In this document: piece after piece, positions 1 to 10,905 of the stretch
How positions within the stretch are numbered: position 1 is the first letter of the stretch
Layout of the letters: each line of letters opens with the position of its first letter
NCBI GenBank assembly: GCA_963743635.1
Contig: CAVUQO010000003.1
Location: 754,595 to 818,594, forward strand
Source of the DNA: Candidatus Babeliales bacterium
GTDB lineage: Bacteria > Babelota > Babeliae > Babelales > Vermiphilaceae
Direction: 5' to 3'
Length of the DNA: 64,000 bases
Translations under genes and position numbers: made by a program
The notes under the pieces: model-generated
Seen by the model: the letters and a program-made list of their open reading frames with translations, nothing else
Database searches by the model: none
Told to the model about the DNA's origin: nothing

Positions 1-312
1 TCATTATTTTTTCCTTTTTCAATATTTGTCATGTAGATGCGTATTTAGGTTATCCATTTTGTCCAAAAAAAGCAAAATGCATGATCGGCAACTTGTTCCC
101 GAAAATAGTAAATAAATATTTACATGTGAATAATGAATCGTTTATTTTCAAAACAACGATAATTTTGGGTCATTTTTACACGAAATAATTTTTGTGATCA
201 ATGACCAGGTCTTGAGTATTTTTGTTTTGCGTGATCGAAATATAGAAAACTTTTTTTGCAACAAAAGTATAAAATAATTACATCGAGTTTCACAAAGAGA
301 CATATTCATGAT

Positions 313-1608
313 TCACTGAATATTGCGTGAAAAGAGGCGTAGCGAAATGCGTGGCATGCCAAGAGCGCTGTACCAAGCAACGCGGATAATGGTTAAGCTG
401 ACCAGACATAATAATGGATGCGCGCATTTATTCAAAATCCACAAGCCAAAAAAGAAGAGCATCGTGAGATTGTAATAGAGGAGATAATTACCTTTTTCTT
501 CGACCAAATATTTTTTTTCATACGTCATGAAAAATGGTTCGATGATGAGCAGTAGTGCGAACATAATAAGGAGTGCATAACTGTGTATATCATTGGTGAA
601 AGCATGCGCAGTAACCGCTCTATAATTGAACGCGAGCAGAATGCAGAGCGTATAAAAAATAATCGAATACACATAACTATTTGCGAGTGCAAAAATGGAT
701 TGTTTTTCATGTGCTGCATAGGCATGTGCATGCGCAAGTGCAGCCTCACTTGTTTGTCCGATAATCTTCTGGGTGATGTTGCTTATACTCTGCATGGAAC
801 TGCTCATTATTTTTGCAACCGCAGCATATGAGATGCCAAGATGTACCGCAAAAAGGGGAACGAGCATATTGCCGGAAAATGGAATGTGGCCCAGTTGGTT
901 AACATAGCCAAAAATACGACTTTTAATAATACGTTGCGACATCCCCGGTTCTTGTTGGCAAGCCGTATCGGATAATGTGCGGTAACGAGCGTAAAGCATC
1001 ACAATCAAAATTCCAGTGATGATCGTAGAATAGATCAGCATCGGAAGGAAAATGACGTAGAGCGTCATGGGTACCTGTGCATAGTGTAATCCAGCTACCG
1101 TTATTACGTAGGTGATGATATAGGATATTTCGAGCGTTGCGAGTATTTGATTGTAGAACAATAATCCAAGAAATGTTTTGACTGTTTTTTTAATACTCTC
1201 AACGATGAGCAGTCCGATAAAGAGTTTTATAAAGATGGGATCAAGATGCGTCAAGCCAAAAAAACCAAAAAATGTACCCAAATCAAAAAAGAAGGATAAC
1301 GCGCAGAGAGTTGTATATATAATGATATTGGGTATGATCTGCTGCCCTAAGAGAGTCCTGAATGAGCGTTTATTTGCAGTATAATGCCGAATAAAGGGAC
1401 TTAAGGCGGTGTCGAGCCCGAGCGTACAGAGCGTTACCCCCATATACAGGAGGGAAAAGAGGATGCCAACCGTACCATAAAACGCCCGGTCAAAGGTGCT
1501 AAAAAGAGTAACGTGATATCCCCAGAGAATGCCCTGGTATAAACAGGCCTCAAGAGTATTCCATCTGATGCCCGATAAAAACTGTTCGGTTATGGTCTTC
1601 ATATGCAT
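313..1608 (-). CDS. Polytopic membrane protein, oligosaccharide flippase (Wzx/MATE-like) family
   Basis: Many hydrophobic segments; N-terminus '...SGIRWNTLE...' and 'YGTVGILFS...TLGLDTAL' resemble flippase N-termini. Start uncertain (1602/1608/1650). Confidence 0.55.
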   Translation of the reverse strand: MHMKTITEQFLSGIRWNTLEACLYQGILWGYHVTLFSTFDRAFYGTVGILFSLLYMGVTLCTLGLDTALSPFIRHYTANKRSFRTLLGQQIIPNIIIYTTLCALSFFFDLGTFFGFFGLTHLDPIFIKLFIGLLIVESIKKTVKTFLGLLFYNQILATLEISYIITYVITVAGLHYAQVPMTLYVIFLPMLIYSTIITGILIVMLYARYRTLSDTACQQEPGMSQRIIKSRIFGYVNQLGHIPFSGNMLVPLFAVHLGISYAAVAKIMSSSMQSISNITQKIIGQTSEAALAHAHAYAAHEKQSIFALANSYVYSIIFYTLCILLAFNYRAVTAHAFTNDIHSYALLIMFALLLIIEPFFMTYEKKYLVEEKGNYLLYYNLTMLFFFGLWILNKCAHPLLCLVSLTIIRVAWYSALGMPRISLRLFSRNIQ

Positions 1609-1813
1609 ATCTAAGGTTAAAAAAATATTTATTATTCTTGAGTATAGCATGTTTTTTCCTTTTGTACCGGCATTCTGGGCCAGCAGGGAGAGCCTCCCGA
1701 GGGGCAATGATACCTTTGGGGCCTACCGATTGATTATTTTTGTGCTATACTAATTTCAAGCGTGGTAATACCTTCTTTTAAAGGGCAAGCCTCCCTTGTA
1801 TAAGGGGTAGTCT

Positions 1814-2371
1814 ATGTTTTCGCTCGATGAAAAAGTAGTATATCCAGGGCATGGCGTTGCGGTAATAAGCCGCATAGTAGAGAAAAAAGTTGCTGGTCAA
1901 ACCATCAAACTCTACGAATTGAAATTTATGAGCGCGGACATGACGGTTTTGGTTCCGACCAATAATCTTGTCGCAGTCGGCATCAGAAAATTAAGTTCAA
2001 ACGAAAGCATCAATACCATATTTGAAATGCTTTCAGAGCCTGCGCCTGAGATCAGCAGCGATTTAACAGCAAGTAATTGGAATAAGCGCAATAAGGATTA
2101 TCAATGTAAGTTGAGAAGTGGCAATTTGAAGGAAATTTGCAAGATCTATCGAGATTTACATTATATAGCGGAAAATAAAGAACTTTCATTTGGCGAAAAA
2201 GGTTTATTACAACAAACAGAATCGTTGCTCGCTGAAGAGATATCGATTGTAACCAAAGTAGGAACGGAAAAGGCTGTAGAGCATTTACGTTCATTCTTTA
2301 AACAATCAGATCGCGCAGTTGGCGGCATTGTGCCACAAGAAAATTCATCCGTTATTACGAGACATGTGTAA
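1814..2371 (+). CDS. carD: CarD family transcriptional regulator
   Basis: N-terminal 'F..DEKVVYPGHGVAVI' and 'NWNKR...KLRSG' CarD motifs. Confidence 0.9.
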   Translation: MFSLDEKVVYPGHGVAVISRIVEKKVAGQTIKLYELKFMSADMTVLVPTNNLVAVGIRKLSSNESINTIFEMLSEPAPEISSDLTASNWNKRNKDYQCKLRSGNLKEICKIYRDLHYIAENKELSFGEKGLLQQTESLLAEEISIVTKVGTEKAVEHLRSFFKQSDRAVGGIVPQENSSVITRHV

Positions 2372-2392
2372 TATAAGAAAATAAATACGTAT

Positions 2393-2429
2393 AATTCCAG
2401 GAAAGCATTAACGTGTTTTCCTGGAATTT
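2393..2429 (+). terminator. Hairpin, probable intrinsic terminator after carD
   Basis: aattccaggaaa...tttcctggaatt inverted repeat. Confidence 0.55.
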
Positions 2430-2445
2430 CATTTAAGGGGGGTAT

Positions 2446-3405
2446 ATGTACAAAAATTCAATGATCATTATTTGCGGGCCAACCGGGGTCGGTAAAAGCG
2501 ATTTCGCTGAAGCGCTTGCCGCTCAGGCATCGGGCGAAATTGTTAACATGGACTTAGGGCAATTCTATACACCACTTTCCATTGGTACTGCAAAACCAGA
2601 CTGGCGCAAGGCCTCAATCCCACACCATCTTTTTGATATTCTTGACACCCCAGTTAATTTTACTGTGGTTCAATATCGTCAACGATTACTTGAACAATGT
2701 AATGATATTTGGCGCAGAAACAAACTTCCAATCGTAGTTGGCGGCTCAGTATTTTATTTGAAATCACTGCTATTTCCTCCTGTGTCCGATAACTCAAATA
2801 TTACTCTTTCTTCTGACGAAAAAAATACGGAACGTTATACGTGGGAAGACCTTCGCGCGATTGATCCTGAACGGGCCGCTGCCATTGATAAGAATGATCC
2901 GTACCGTATCGAGCGCGCAATGACGATATGGCGCACAACAGGCGTTAAGCCTTCACTCTATAAGCCGAAACTGGATATTCCGTGCAATGTACATCTTCTT
3001 TTTTTAACGCGCAACAGGGACGAATTATATGCGCGTATTAATGAACGGGTTATTATGATGATGCAAGCCGGTTGGCTTGATGAAGTAATGCCTCTTGCTC
3101 ATACACCGTGGGAAACGTTCTTGCATGACAAGAAATTAATTGGCTATAATGAACTGCTCGAATACCTGGCTGCGTCGCCTGATGAACGCGATTTAGAAAG
3201 TACTATACGCATTATTCAGCAGCGATCTCGGCATTATGCCAAACGACAAGAAACTTTTTGGCGGGGTTTTCAAAGGGCGCTAGATGCGGCGCGTAAAGGC
3301 TTTGAGGGCGATCATCATGCAATGATAATAGATACGGTTAACTTGACTTTATTGGATGTTAATCTATATATTAAGCAACTATTAGACACATTGAATCACC
3401 GTTAA
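2446..3405 (+). CDS. miaA: tRNA dimethylallyltransferase
   Basis: GPTGVGKS P-loop, 'IGTAKP', 'PHHL', 'VGGS..YLKSL', 'YAKRQ.TF' motifs. Confidence 0.95.
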   Translation: MYKNSMIIICGPTGVGKSDFAEALAAQASGEIVNMDLGQFYTPLSIGTAKPDWRKASIPHHLFDILDTPVNFTVVQYRQRLLEQCNDIWRRNKLPIVVGGSVFYLKSLLFPPVSDNSNITLSSDEKNTERYTWEDLRAIDPERAAAIDKNDPYRIERAMTIWRTTGVKPSLYKPKLDIPCNVHLLFLTRNRDELYARINERVIMMMQAGWLDEVMPLAHTPWETFLHDKKLIGYNELLEYLAASPDERDLESTIRIIQQRSRHYAKRQETFWRGFQRALDAARKGFEGDHHAMIIDTVNLTLLDVNLYIKQLLDTLNHR

Positions 3406-3412
3406 TATCGAT

Positions 3413-4111
3413 ATGGAAATCATGGACTTGTTTGATCGTAATGATCGTCAATCGCATACTGAGCACGAATCTTGTGTTTGTGATGGTAAGCAGGGAGTGT
3501 TTCTTAATAATCGTCATATGAGCTGGGCTCTTTCCACTATTTTGCTCCTCATTTTTTTTGTGTTTATGACCGGATACTTTCTTGGGAAAAAGAAAGCTGT
3601 CGATCAGCTTAATGCTAAAATCGATCAAGAATCTCTATCTGATCATGTTTATTCATCTATGTACGCGTTATATGATAGCAAGCCACAACCAGAAGTTTCA
3701 GACAGTACTGAACCAGATGATGAGAACAATGACGCTGACTCAGTAACTGAAGAAATCGTATTGGATCAATCAGTTGACGTGCTCGCACATGCAGAATCAT
3801 CCGATGATATAAATAATCTAAATAAAGAACTTTCTACTACACATTCAATACAGACAAATAGGCATGAATATTATGCGCAACTCGTTGGTTTTAGTAGCGA
3901 ACGAGCCGCTCAGCAATTTGTGAAAAAACTTGCACAGCGCGATATTACTGCCCATATCAAACAACGACCAAGTAAAACAGCAAAAGGAAGAACCGTCTAT
4001 TGGTATCAAGTGATCACCGAATCATTTACCAAAAAAGAAGATCTCACAACGCTCGTGGAAAACATTAAGCGTCGAGAAAAGCTTCACGATGTTCGCATTA
4101 TAACTGCATAA
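3413..4111 (+). CDS. Membrane-anchored SPOR-domain protein
   Basis: One TM helix, acidic linker, C-terminal 'YYAQLVGFSSERAAQQFVKKL...WYQV' SPOR-like domain. Confidence 0.7.
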   Translation: MEIMDLFDRNDRQSHTEHESCVCDGKQGVFLNNRHMSWALSTILLLIFFVFMTGYFLGKKKAVDQLNAKIDQESLSDHVYSSMYALYDSKPQPEVSDSTEPDDENNDADSVTEEIVLDQSVDVLAHAESSDDINNLNKELSTTHSIQTNRHEYYAQLVGFSSERAAQQFVKKLAQRDITAHIKQRPSKTAKGRTVYWYQVITESFTKKEDLTTLVENIKRREKLHDVRIITA

Positions 4112-4144
4112 CACAATACACGTATCCCTACGAAAGGTACATTC

Positions 4145-6100
4145 ATGATCAGCGCCATCAGGAAAAAACTTGTTGGAACAAAGTTTTATAAAATAATATT
4201 TTGGATTGTTATCATCGCCATGCTTGGACTATGGTCTTTGCCTGGAATGCTCGATAAAAAATCTCGAGGCGGCTTAGCCCCTTGGGGAACAGTTAATGGT
4301 ATTGATATATCTCGTAATGATTTCGATCGAAAGGTAATGGCTTCTGAAGAACATATGCGCATGATTCGTGCAGAATATGGTCAATATGCGGATCAGCTCA
4401 TGCAAGCAATGGGAATGCCAACCAATCCTTCATTGATTGCATATGAAGCAGTGATACGAGAAGCTTTGCTTGATCAAGTTGCTGATGCTCTCAATATTAA
4501 AGTACATCCTGAATATGTGGTTTACTTTCTTGAAAATATCAAAAATCCCTATCATGATTTGAATGATTTAATTCCGCCGTATGCTATTGACCCTCGAACT
4601 GGTGGTATCAATAGAGAAATTATGCAGCAACATTTGCGTAGATCTCGCATGAGCGTCAGTGAATTTGAAGAAAAACTAGAACAAAGCCTCAAGCGTAAAC
4701 TTACGAGCAATCTTATTGCTCATGCAACGTATGTCCCATTATTTGAGCTTGAAAATGAATATGGCTTACGCTATTTGCCAAAAACATTCTCAGTAATGAC
4801 AATCTCTAAAAATGAAATTTATGCAGAAATAAAGAAAGATGTTATCTCAGAAAATGATCTTGAAACGTTCTTTAATCGTAAGAATAAAGCGAATGAGGCG
4901 TATTGGACTCCAGAACGCCGTAGCGTTCGCGTCTGGTCAGTAACTCCCCATACCTATGGAATATCGGTTACTGATGAAGAGGTGACTCATTATTATGAAC
5001 AATACAAAGAAAGAGATTTTGTTGCGCAGGCTCCTACTGTGCAGGTGCGTAACATATTGTTAAAAGCATCTAATGCGGCAGAATTCTCTGCAGCGCATGA
5101 AAAAGCTCAACAGCTTCGCCAAAGCCTTCTCGCTAACCCAGGAGAGTTTGCAGCACGCGCTAAAGAACTTTCTGCTGATAAGGAAACGGCGGGCAACGGC
5201 GGCCTTATGAAACCATTTGCAAAAGGAGATACTGCTATAGATCTCACGCTTGCAAAAGGCGCTTTCTTACTCAAAAATAAGGGTGATATTTCTGAGCCAA
5301 TCCAAGTTAAAGACGGCATTGTGCTATTGCAACTCGTTGAGAAAACAGCGAAAGTATACAAGCCGCTTTCAGAAGTACGTAAAAATATCCTTGATAATCT
5401 TACAATGCAGCAATTTTCTAAACGCTTTGTTTCCGATATGAAGGAAGTGTATAAAGATAAAAATGAGGCGAAACTGCAGGGAATCATCACTCAAAAGGGT
5501 GGGACTGCGGCTCTTAAGGAACTTATCACCAATGATGGTTCTGTACTAGCACGTACCGCCTTTATAACGCCACTTAATGAATATGCCTTCTACGTAGACG
5601 GCAAAGAAGGCCGCATCGTTCAAGTAACCGATATTCAAAAGCGTTATTTGCCGACGCTTGATGCCGTGCGCGAAACAGTCAAAAATGATCTCATTGAGGA
5701 ACGAGCTACCTCATTATTGCATGCGCGCGTTATGCAAGCCAAAAAAGATGCAGCAAAACAGTCCCTCAATGAAATTGCTCATAACTATAAAGCACAGGTA
5801 AAGAAGGTTGGTCCTGTGGACGTTACCAATCAAGCACAACTCCAAGCGCTACAAAAAGAAGGGCTCCCTATCGAAAGCATGTTACAAATAGAAAAAGTTG
5901 GCATGACAACCGTTTCGGCGGACAATGCTCACGGCTATGTGATTCGTCTCGATGAGGTTGCTCCGTTCAATAAAGAGGCTTTTGAGGGTAAACGACTCGC
6001 TCTCAGTGAGCAGACTGATCGGACCCGAATGATGCTGATAACACAGGGTTTTGTTGCTTCTTTGCATAGAAATGCTACAATAAACTTAAATTCAAAATAG
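4145..6100 (+). CDS. PpiD-like chaperone (SurA N-terminal domain plus parvulin PPIase)
   Basis: N-terminal TM, 'TVNGIDIS..DF' SurA-N, parvulin 'VRNILL...FAARAKELSAD..TAGNGGLM'. Confidence 0.85.
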   Translation: MISAIRKKLVGTKFYKIIFWIVIIAMLGLWSLPGMLDKKSRGGLAPWGTVNGIDISRNDFDRKVMASEEHMRMIRAEYGQYADQLMQAMGMPTNPSLIAYEAVIREALLDQVADALNIKVHPEYVVYFLENIKNPYHDLNDLIPPYAIDPRTGGINREIMQQHLRRSRMSVSEFEEKLEQSLKRKLTSNLIAHATYVPLFELENEYGLRYLPKTFSVMTISKNEIYAEIKKDVISENDLETFFNRKNKANEAYWTPERRSVRVWSVTPHTYGISVTDEEVTHYYEQYKERDFVAQAPTVQVRNILLKASNAAEFSAAHEKAQQLRQSLLANPGEFAARAKELSADKETAGNGGLMKPFAKGDTAIDLTLAKGAFLLKNKGDISEPIQVKDGIVLLQLVEKTAKVYKPLSEVRKNILDNLTMQQFSKRFVSDMKEVYKDKNEAKLQGIITQKGGTAALKELITNDGSVLARTAFITPLNEYAFYVDGKEGRIVQVTDIQKRYLPTLDAVRETVKNDLIEERATSLLHARVMQAKKDAAKQSLNEIAHNYKAQVKKVGPVDVTNQAQLQALQKEGLPIESMLQIEKVGMTTVSADNAHGYVIRLDEVAPFNKEAFEGKRLALSEQTDRTRMMLITQGFVASLHRNATINLNSK

Positions 6101-6124
6101 ATTTCCTAGCAGAAGATATTCAAT

Positions 6125-7213
6125 ATGAAAACTAAAACATCGTCAAAAGATACCACTTCGAATAAACAACAAAGTGATATGGATCTCAAGAAAAAAGCCT
6201 TAGAAGTAACGTTTTCCCAGATTGATAAGCATTATGGCACTGGCGCGGTCATGCTTTTGGGGCAGTCGACAAATAGTAATATCGAAGCTATCTCTACTGG
6301 CTCAATCTTGATTGATGAAGTCACCGGTATTGGCGGACTTCCGCGTGGCAGAATCGTTGAAATTTATGGTCCTGAAGCTTCCGGTAAGACTACCCTAGCA
6401 ATGCAGGCAATAGCGCAAGCCCAACGCAATGGAGGTATATGTGCCTTCATAGACGTCGAGCATGCCCTTGATCCTTCTCATGCGCGTAAATTAGGCCTTG
6501 ATGTGGACAATCTTATTATCTCTCAGCCGGATTACGGTGAGCAGGCTCTTGATATTGCTGAAATGTTGGTAAGATCTGGTGCAATTGACATCGTAGTAAT
6601 CGACTCGGTAGCGGCTCTGGTTCCAAAGGCTGAGCTTGAAGGGGATATGGGTGATTCTCATATGGGTCTTCAGGCGCGGTTGATGTCCCAGGCATTGCGT
6701 AAGTTGACTCCAGTGGTTCATAAATCAAAGACGGTTTTGATATTTATCAACCAAATTCGTCAAAATATTGGGGCTATGCCGTTCGCGAACAAAGAAACTA
6801 CAACTGGTGGTAATGCCTTAAAATTCTATGCTTCCCTACGCCTTGATGTGCGCCGTATTGCAAGTTTAAAGAAAAATGAAGAGCAAATTGGTAATCGCAT
6901 TGCGGTTAAAGTAGTTAAAAATAAAATGGCGCCTCCATTTAGACGTGCAGAGTTAGATCTGCTCTTTAACGAAGGTATCAGTAGAGAACTCGATCTTTTA
7001 GATGCATCACTTCATTTTGGTGTTATTCTTCAGTCTGGTTCGTGGTTCTCATTTGATGGCGTGAAGTTTGCCCAAGGGCGAGAACAAGCGCTTGCCTATC
7101 TGAAAGAACATAAGGATCAGGTCGCATTGATCTTCTCAAAAATAAAAGAAGCAATAGCTGCAAGAAAACTTGCAATTATTGAAGCTCCAGGGGAAATGGA
7201 ACAAGAAGCGTGA
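6125..7213 (+). CDS. recA: Recombinase A
   Basis: [38 protein letters not shown]. Confidence 0.99.
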   Translation: MKTKTSSKDTTSNKQQSDMDLKKKALEVTFSQIDKHYGTGAVMLLGQSTNSNIEAISTGSILIDEVTGIGGLPRGRIVEIYGPEASGKTTLAMQAIAQAQRNGGICAFIDVEHALDPSHARKLGLDVDNLIISQPDYGEQALDIAEMLVRSGAIDIVVIDSVAALVPKAELEGDMGDSHMGLQARLMSQALRKLTPVVHKSKTVLIFINQIRQNIGAMPFANKETTTGGNALKFYASLRLDVRRIASLKKNEEQIGNRIAVKVVKNKMAPPFRRAELDLLFNEGISRELDLLDASLHFGVILQSGSWFSFDGVKFAQGREQALAYLKEHKDQVALIFSKIKEAIAARKLAIIEAPGEMEQEA

Positions 7214-7250
7214 TAATAGTAACAAGAGAAGTTAAAAGGTAGCAATTACA

Positions 7251-7817
7251 TTGAAACACAATAACAAGCAGAATCAACCGCAGCAAAACGGCGATGCACT
7301 GATAAACGAAAAAATTCGTGCAGAGCGCGTACAGCTCATTGATGAAAAAGGCGAAAATATTGGTGTTGTGTCGCGCAGTCAAGCGTTACGCATGGCGCAG
7401 GATGTTGAACTTGACCTGGTGATGCTTTCAGAATCAGGTAAAGATAACGTGCCGGTTGTTAAAATCATGGATTTTGGCAAGGTGCTTTATGAACGCAAGA
7501 AGAAGCAAACTGAAGCCAAAAAGAATCAAAAAGTAATTCAAGTTAAAGAAATTAAATTGCGACCCAAAATTGGTGAGCATGATTATCAAACAAAGTTAAA
7601 GCAGGCGATACAGTTTCTCAATGAAGGAAAACGAGTAAAGTTTACGCTTTTCTTTAAGGGCCGTGAAAATGTTCTAAAAGATGAGCATGGCAATGAGCTT
7701 TTTGATAAAATAGATAAATCGCTCGAAAGCGCTGAGCTTTCAGGCGATATAGTCAAAGAACAAGATTCAAAACTAGGCCAGTATTGGTCTCGTATTTATT
7801 ATTTAAAGACAAAATAA
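7251..7817 (+). CDS. infC: Translation initiation factor IF-3 (non-ATG start: TTG 7251 or ATT 7245)
   Basis: INEKIRA, KIMDFGK, VKEIKLRPKIGEHD; upstream of rpmI-rplT. Confidence 0.97.
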   Translation: MKHNNKQNQPQQNGDALINEKIRAERVQLIDEKGENIGVVSRSQALRMAQDVELDLVMLSESGKDNVPVVKIMDFGKVLYERKKKQTEAKKNQKVIQVKEIKLRPKIGEHDYQTKLKQAIQFLNEGKRVKFTLFFKGRENVLKDEHGNELFDKIDKSLESAELSGDIVKEQDSKLGQYWSRIYYLKTK

Positions 7818-7830
7818 TTTAGGGTGATTT

Positions 7831-8025
7831 ATGCCAAAAATGAAAACAAGTTCTGCCGCAAAAAAACGTTTTACCAAGAAAAAATCTGGTATGATCAAGC
7901 GTGCTAAAGCGTACAGAAGACATTTGATGACGAAAAAGACTACAAAGCAAAATCGTCAATCATGCACAACTGCATATGTTCATGCAGCAGATCTTAAAAA
8001 AATAGCGAAAATGTTACCAAATTAA
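7831..8025 (+). CDS. rpmI: 50S ribosomal protein L35
   Basis: MPKMKT..AAKKRF; operon position. Confidence 0.96.
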   Translation: MPKMKTSSAAKKRFTKKKSGMIKRAKAYRRHLMTKKTTKQNRQSCTTAYVHAADLKKIAKMLPN

Positions 8026-8052
8026 TTGATTATAAGTATATAGGGTTAGATT

Positions 8053-8400
8053 ATGTCACGAGTTAAACGAGGTATTGTTACCAAGAAGCGTCACAAGAAA
8101 TTGTTAAAAGAAACCAAGGGTTATTGGGGTCAACGCAGTAATATCTTCAAGCGAGCACGCGAAACTTTAATGCGCGCTATGGCGTACGCATTCAAAGGCC
8201 GTAAGATGAGAAAACGTGATATGCGTTCTCTTTTCATTACACGTATTAATGCTGCCGCTGAAAAACACGATCTTTCATACAGCAAATTCATCCAAGGCTT
8301 AAAAGTAGCCAATGTTCAACTTAATAGAAAAATGCTCAGTCAGCTTGCGATATTTGATGCAGATGTGTTTGCGTCACTTGCAACTATTGCTAAGGGTTAA
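8053..8400 (+). CDS. rplT: 50S ribosomal protein L20
   Basis: MSRVKRG, KGYWG, RKRDMRSLFITRINAA, LNRKMLS. Confidence 0.98.
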   Translation: MSRVKRGIVTKKRHKKLLKETKGYWGQRSNIFKRARETLMRAMAYAFKGRKMRKRDMRSLFITRINAAAEKHDLSYSKFIQGLKVANVQLNRKMLSQLAIFDADVFASLATIAKG

Positions 8401-8439
8401 TCCTTCCTCCTACGCCGAACGGCGAACAGGTCGACGACC

Positions 8440-8535
8440 CCGCGCATGGTGAGGAGTCCGAAGGACTTCTCGAACCAGGGATGAGCGAAATAATAAGATT
8501 CCGCTCATGGTGCGTAGTGAAAGTGTATCTAACCA
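8440..8535. repeat. Two copies of palindromic element family A
   Basis: ccgcgcatggtgag...tcgaacca (8440-8477) and ccgctcatggtg...tctaacca (8501-8535); compare 56827-56860 and 50350-50406. Confidence 0.6.
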
Positions 8536-8565
8536 TTGACAATGCATTTACTGCATGACTAAACT
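8536..8565 (+). promoter_or_regulatory. Putative sigma70 promoter for zapB-zapA
   Basis: TTGACA-N18-TAAACT. Confidence 0.45.
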
Positions 8566-8609
8566 GAAGCTGTTTTATAATATTAGGCAACCAAAGAAGG
8601 GGGAGCCGC

Positions 8610-8858
8610 ATGGAAGCATTACAAAATCTTGAAAATAAAATTGCTGCATTGATAGATCTTGTGAATAAAATAAAAAAAGAGAATGCTGAATTGGTTGATC
8701 AGAACGCTCAATTAACAAAGAAATTAAAAGAATCTCAAGACGCCTTATTGCATGATGTCAAAGATTTAGGCAACCTGCAAAAACAACGTCAAGAAGCCAT
8801 AAGTATGGTTGATTCATTAATTAAAAGTATTGATACGTTTGTTGAACGTGAGAAATAG
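8610..8858 (+). CDS. ZapB-like coiled-coil cell division protein
   Basis: Short all-coiled-coil protein 'LQNLENKIAALIDLV..LKKEN' directly upstream of zapA. Confidence 0.65.
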   Translation: MEALQNLENKIAALIDLVNKIKKENAELVDQNAQLTKKLKESQDALLHDVKDLGNLQKQRQEAISMVDSLIKSIDTFVEREK

Positions 8859-8863
8859 TAGTA

Positions 8864-9157
8864 ATGGATAAAGCAAAAAGCCTCAAATTACGTATTTTTG
8901 ATAAAGAATATACGATTGTAAGTGACGAGTCAGAAGAGCGCGTTAAGAAGACCGCACATCTTGTTGACTCTCTCATGCGAGAAATAGTTGAACATGCTAA
9001 AAAATTGCCGGAAGAACGCATCGCGGTGCTTGCGGCTCTTCGTCTTGCAAGTGAATTGTTGACGATTGAATCGAAAAAAGAACAAGAAAAGCTCAAAACA
9101 GATTCGCTTAGCTTGCTTCTTGATCGTGAATTAGCGGTGTTATCAAATAGCGAGTAA
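8864..9157 (+). CDS. zapA: Cell division protein ZapA
   Basis: 'LRIFDKEYTI...AHLVDSLMREI...RIAVLAALRLASEL'. Confidence 0.9.
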   Translation: MDKAKSLKLRIFDKEYTIVSDESEERVKKTAHLVDSLMREIVEHAKKLPEERIAVLAALRLASELLTIESKKEQEKLKTDSLSLLLDRELAVLSNSE

Positions 9158-9164
9158 TTATTTA

Positions 9165-9275
9165 TTGCTCGCTTTGACTTCAATTCGTAATTGAGTGCCT
9201 TTGCCCCGTCTGCGGGTGTCGCATAAGCGCTCATCTTTTATTTACGTCCACTATTGACGCCAATCTCAGGCCTCT
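9165..9275 (+). ncRNA. Candidate 6S RNA (boundaries approximate)
   Basis: Located between zapA and rny; nested hairpin tgagtgc...cccg-tctg-cggg...gcgctca. Confidence 0.3.
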
Positions 9276-9333
9276 CTTGATAATTTTGAATCAAGAAAAA
9301 GGTGATTGTACAGCACATTTAGGAATAATCATT

Positions 9334-10899
9334 ATGGAATTAAGTTCGGCATTTATTGTCATTACCGGGGCATGCTTCGTTATAGGCGCAATACTATTGC
9401 TCCTATATGCCAAGAAAGCGCATTGCTGAAGCAAATGAATTATTGTTTGATTCGAAGAATAAATGGAAAGATGTTAAACGCGAAATTGAAAATGAACGTC
9501 GTGAATCTGCCCTAAAAATAAAAGATGAAATCTATAAAAAGCGCAGCGAATTTGAACTTGAGATGAAGCGGGATCGAGTTGAACTTGATCGTCTTCAAAA
9601 TAAGCTCACATCAAAATATGAAAGCATTGAGAAAAAAGAGCAACATATCGATGAGCTTCGCCGTGAACTTCAAGAAAAAGAGCGTACATTTTTTCGCAAA
9701 GAAGATGCATTGCGAGCGAATGAAAATAAGCTCAAGACTTTTATACAATGATCTCATTACCAAGCTTAGAACGAACCAGCAATATGACACGCGAAGATGC
9801 GCGTAAAGAGTTGGCTCATACGCTTGAAGATGAAGTGCGTCTTTCTAATCAAAAATATATCCAAAAAATTGAAGAAGAAGCTCGTCAATCGGGCAAAGAA
9901 CGAGCATTGGACATTGTTATCGGCGCTATGCAACGATACACTGCCGATCAGGTTGCCCCTCATGCATCAAGCGTTGTACATTTACCCAACGATGAAATGA
10001 AGGGTCGTATTATCGGTAAAGAAGGCCGTAATATTAAGTCGCTCGAAATGGCAACTGGTATGGAATTCGTAATTGGTGATACGCCAGAAATAATCACCAT
10101 CTCTGGTTTTAACCCTATACGCCGTGAAGTTGCGCGCCGCACTCTTGAAAAATTGATTTCAGACGGACGCATCAACCCAACTCGCATTGAAGAAACCGTT
10201 GCTCAAGTTGAGAAAGAACTGGAAGAAATAATCCAAGAATACGGAAAAGATGTGGTTCTTGAGTTTAATCTTCAAGGCATGCATCCTGAACTGGTCACTA
10301 TGCTTGGAAAGCTACAATTTAGAACGAGTTTCTCTCAAAACGTGTTAATGCATTCTAAGGAAGTAGCATTAATTTCGCGCATGATTGCTCAAGAATTAGG
10401 TCTCAATCCTGATATCGCATTGCGTGGCGGTCTCTTGCATGATATCGGTAAAGCGGTCAGTGCAGAAGTAGAAGGCCCACATGCTATTATCGGTGGAGAT
10501 ATCGCAAAACGATGCGGCGAAGATCCACGTGTGGTGAACGCAATTGCTGCCCATCACCAAGAAGTTCCTTACGAATCAGTCTATGGACCGATTGTGGTTA
10601 TCGCCGACACCATTTCAGCGGTACGTCCAGGAGCTCGCCGTGAAACCTTATCTGCCTACATCAAGCGCCTTGAAAAGTTGGAAGAAATTGCCAACTCATT
10701 TGAAGGGGTTAAGAAGGCATATGCGCTTCAAGCGGGTCGAGAGGTTCGCATTATTGTTGAAGAAGATCGTCTGACCGATGATGAAGCTTCAATTATGGCG
10801 CGTGACATTGCCAAGAAGGTTGAAGAAGAAATGAACTTCCCTGGCCAAATCAAAGTTAATGTCATTCGTGAAAAACGTTCCATTGAATATGCGCGATAG
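9334..10899 (+). CDS. rny: Ribonuclease Y, frameshifted near 9415 and 9740-9765 (probable sequence errors)
   Basis: ATG 9334 encodes the TM anchor MELSSAFIVITGACFVIGAILLLLYAKK; then coiled coil (9407-9751), KH (KGRIIGKEGRNI) and HD (LLHDIGK) domains in other frames. Confidence 0.93.
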
Positions 10900-10905
10900 G
10901 ATCTG

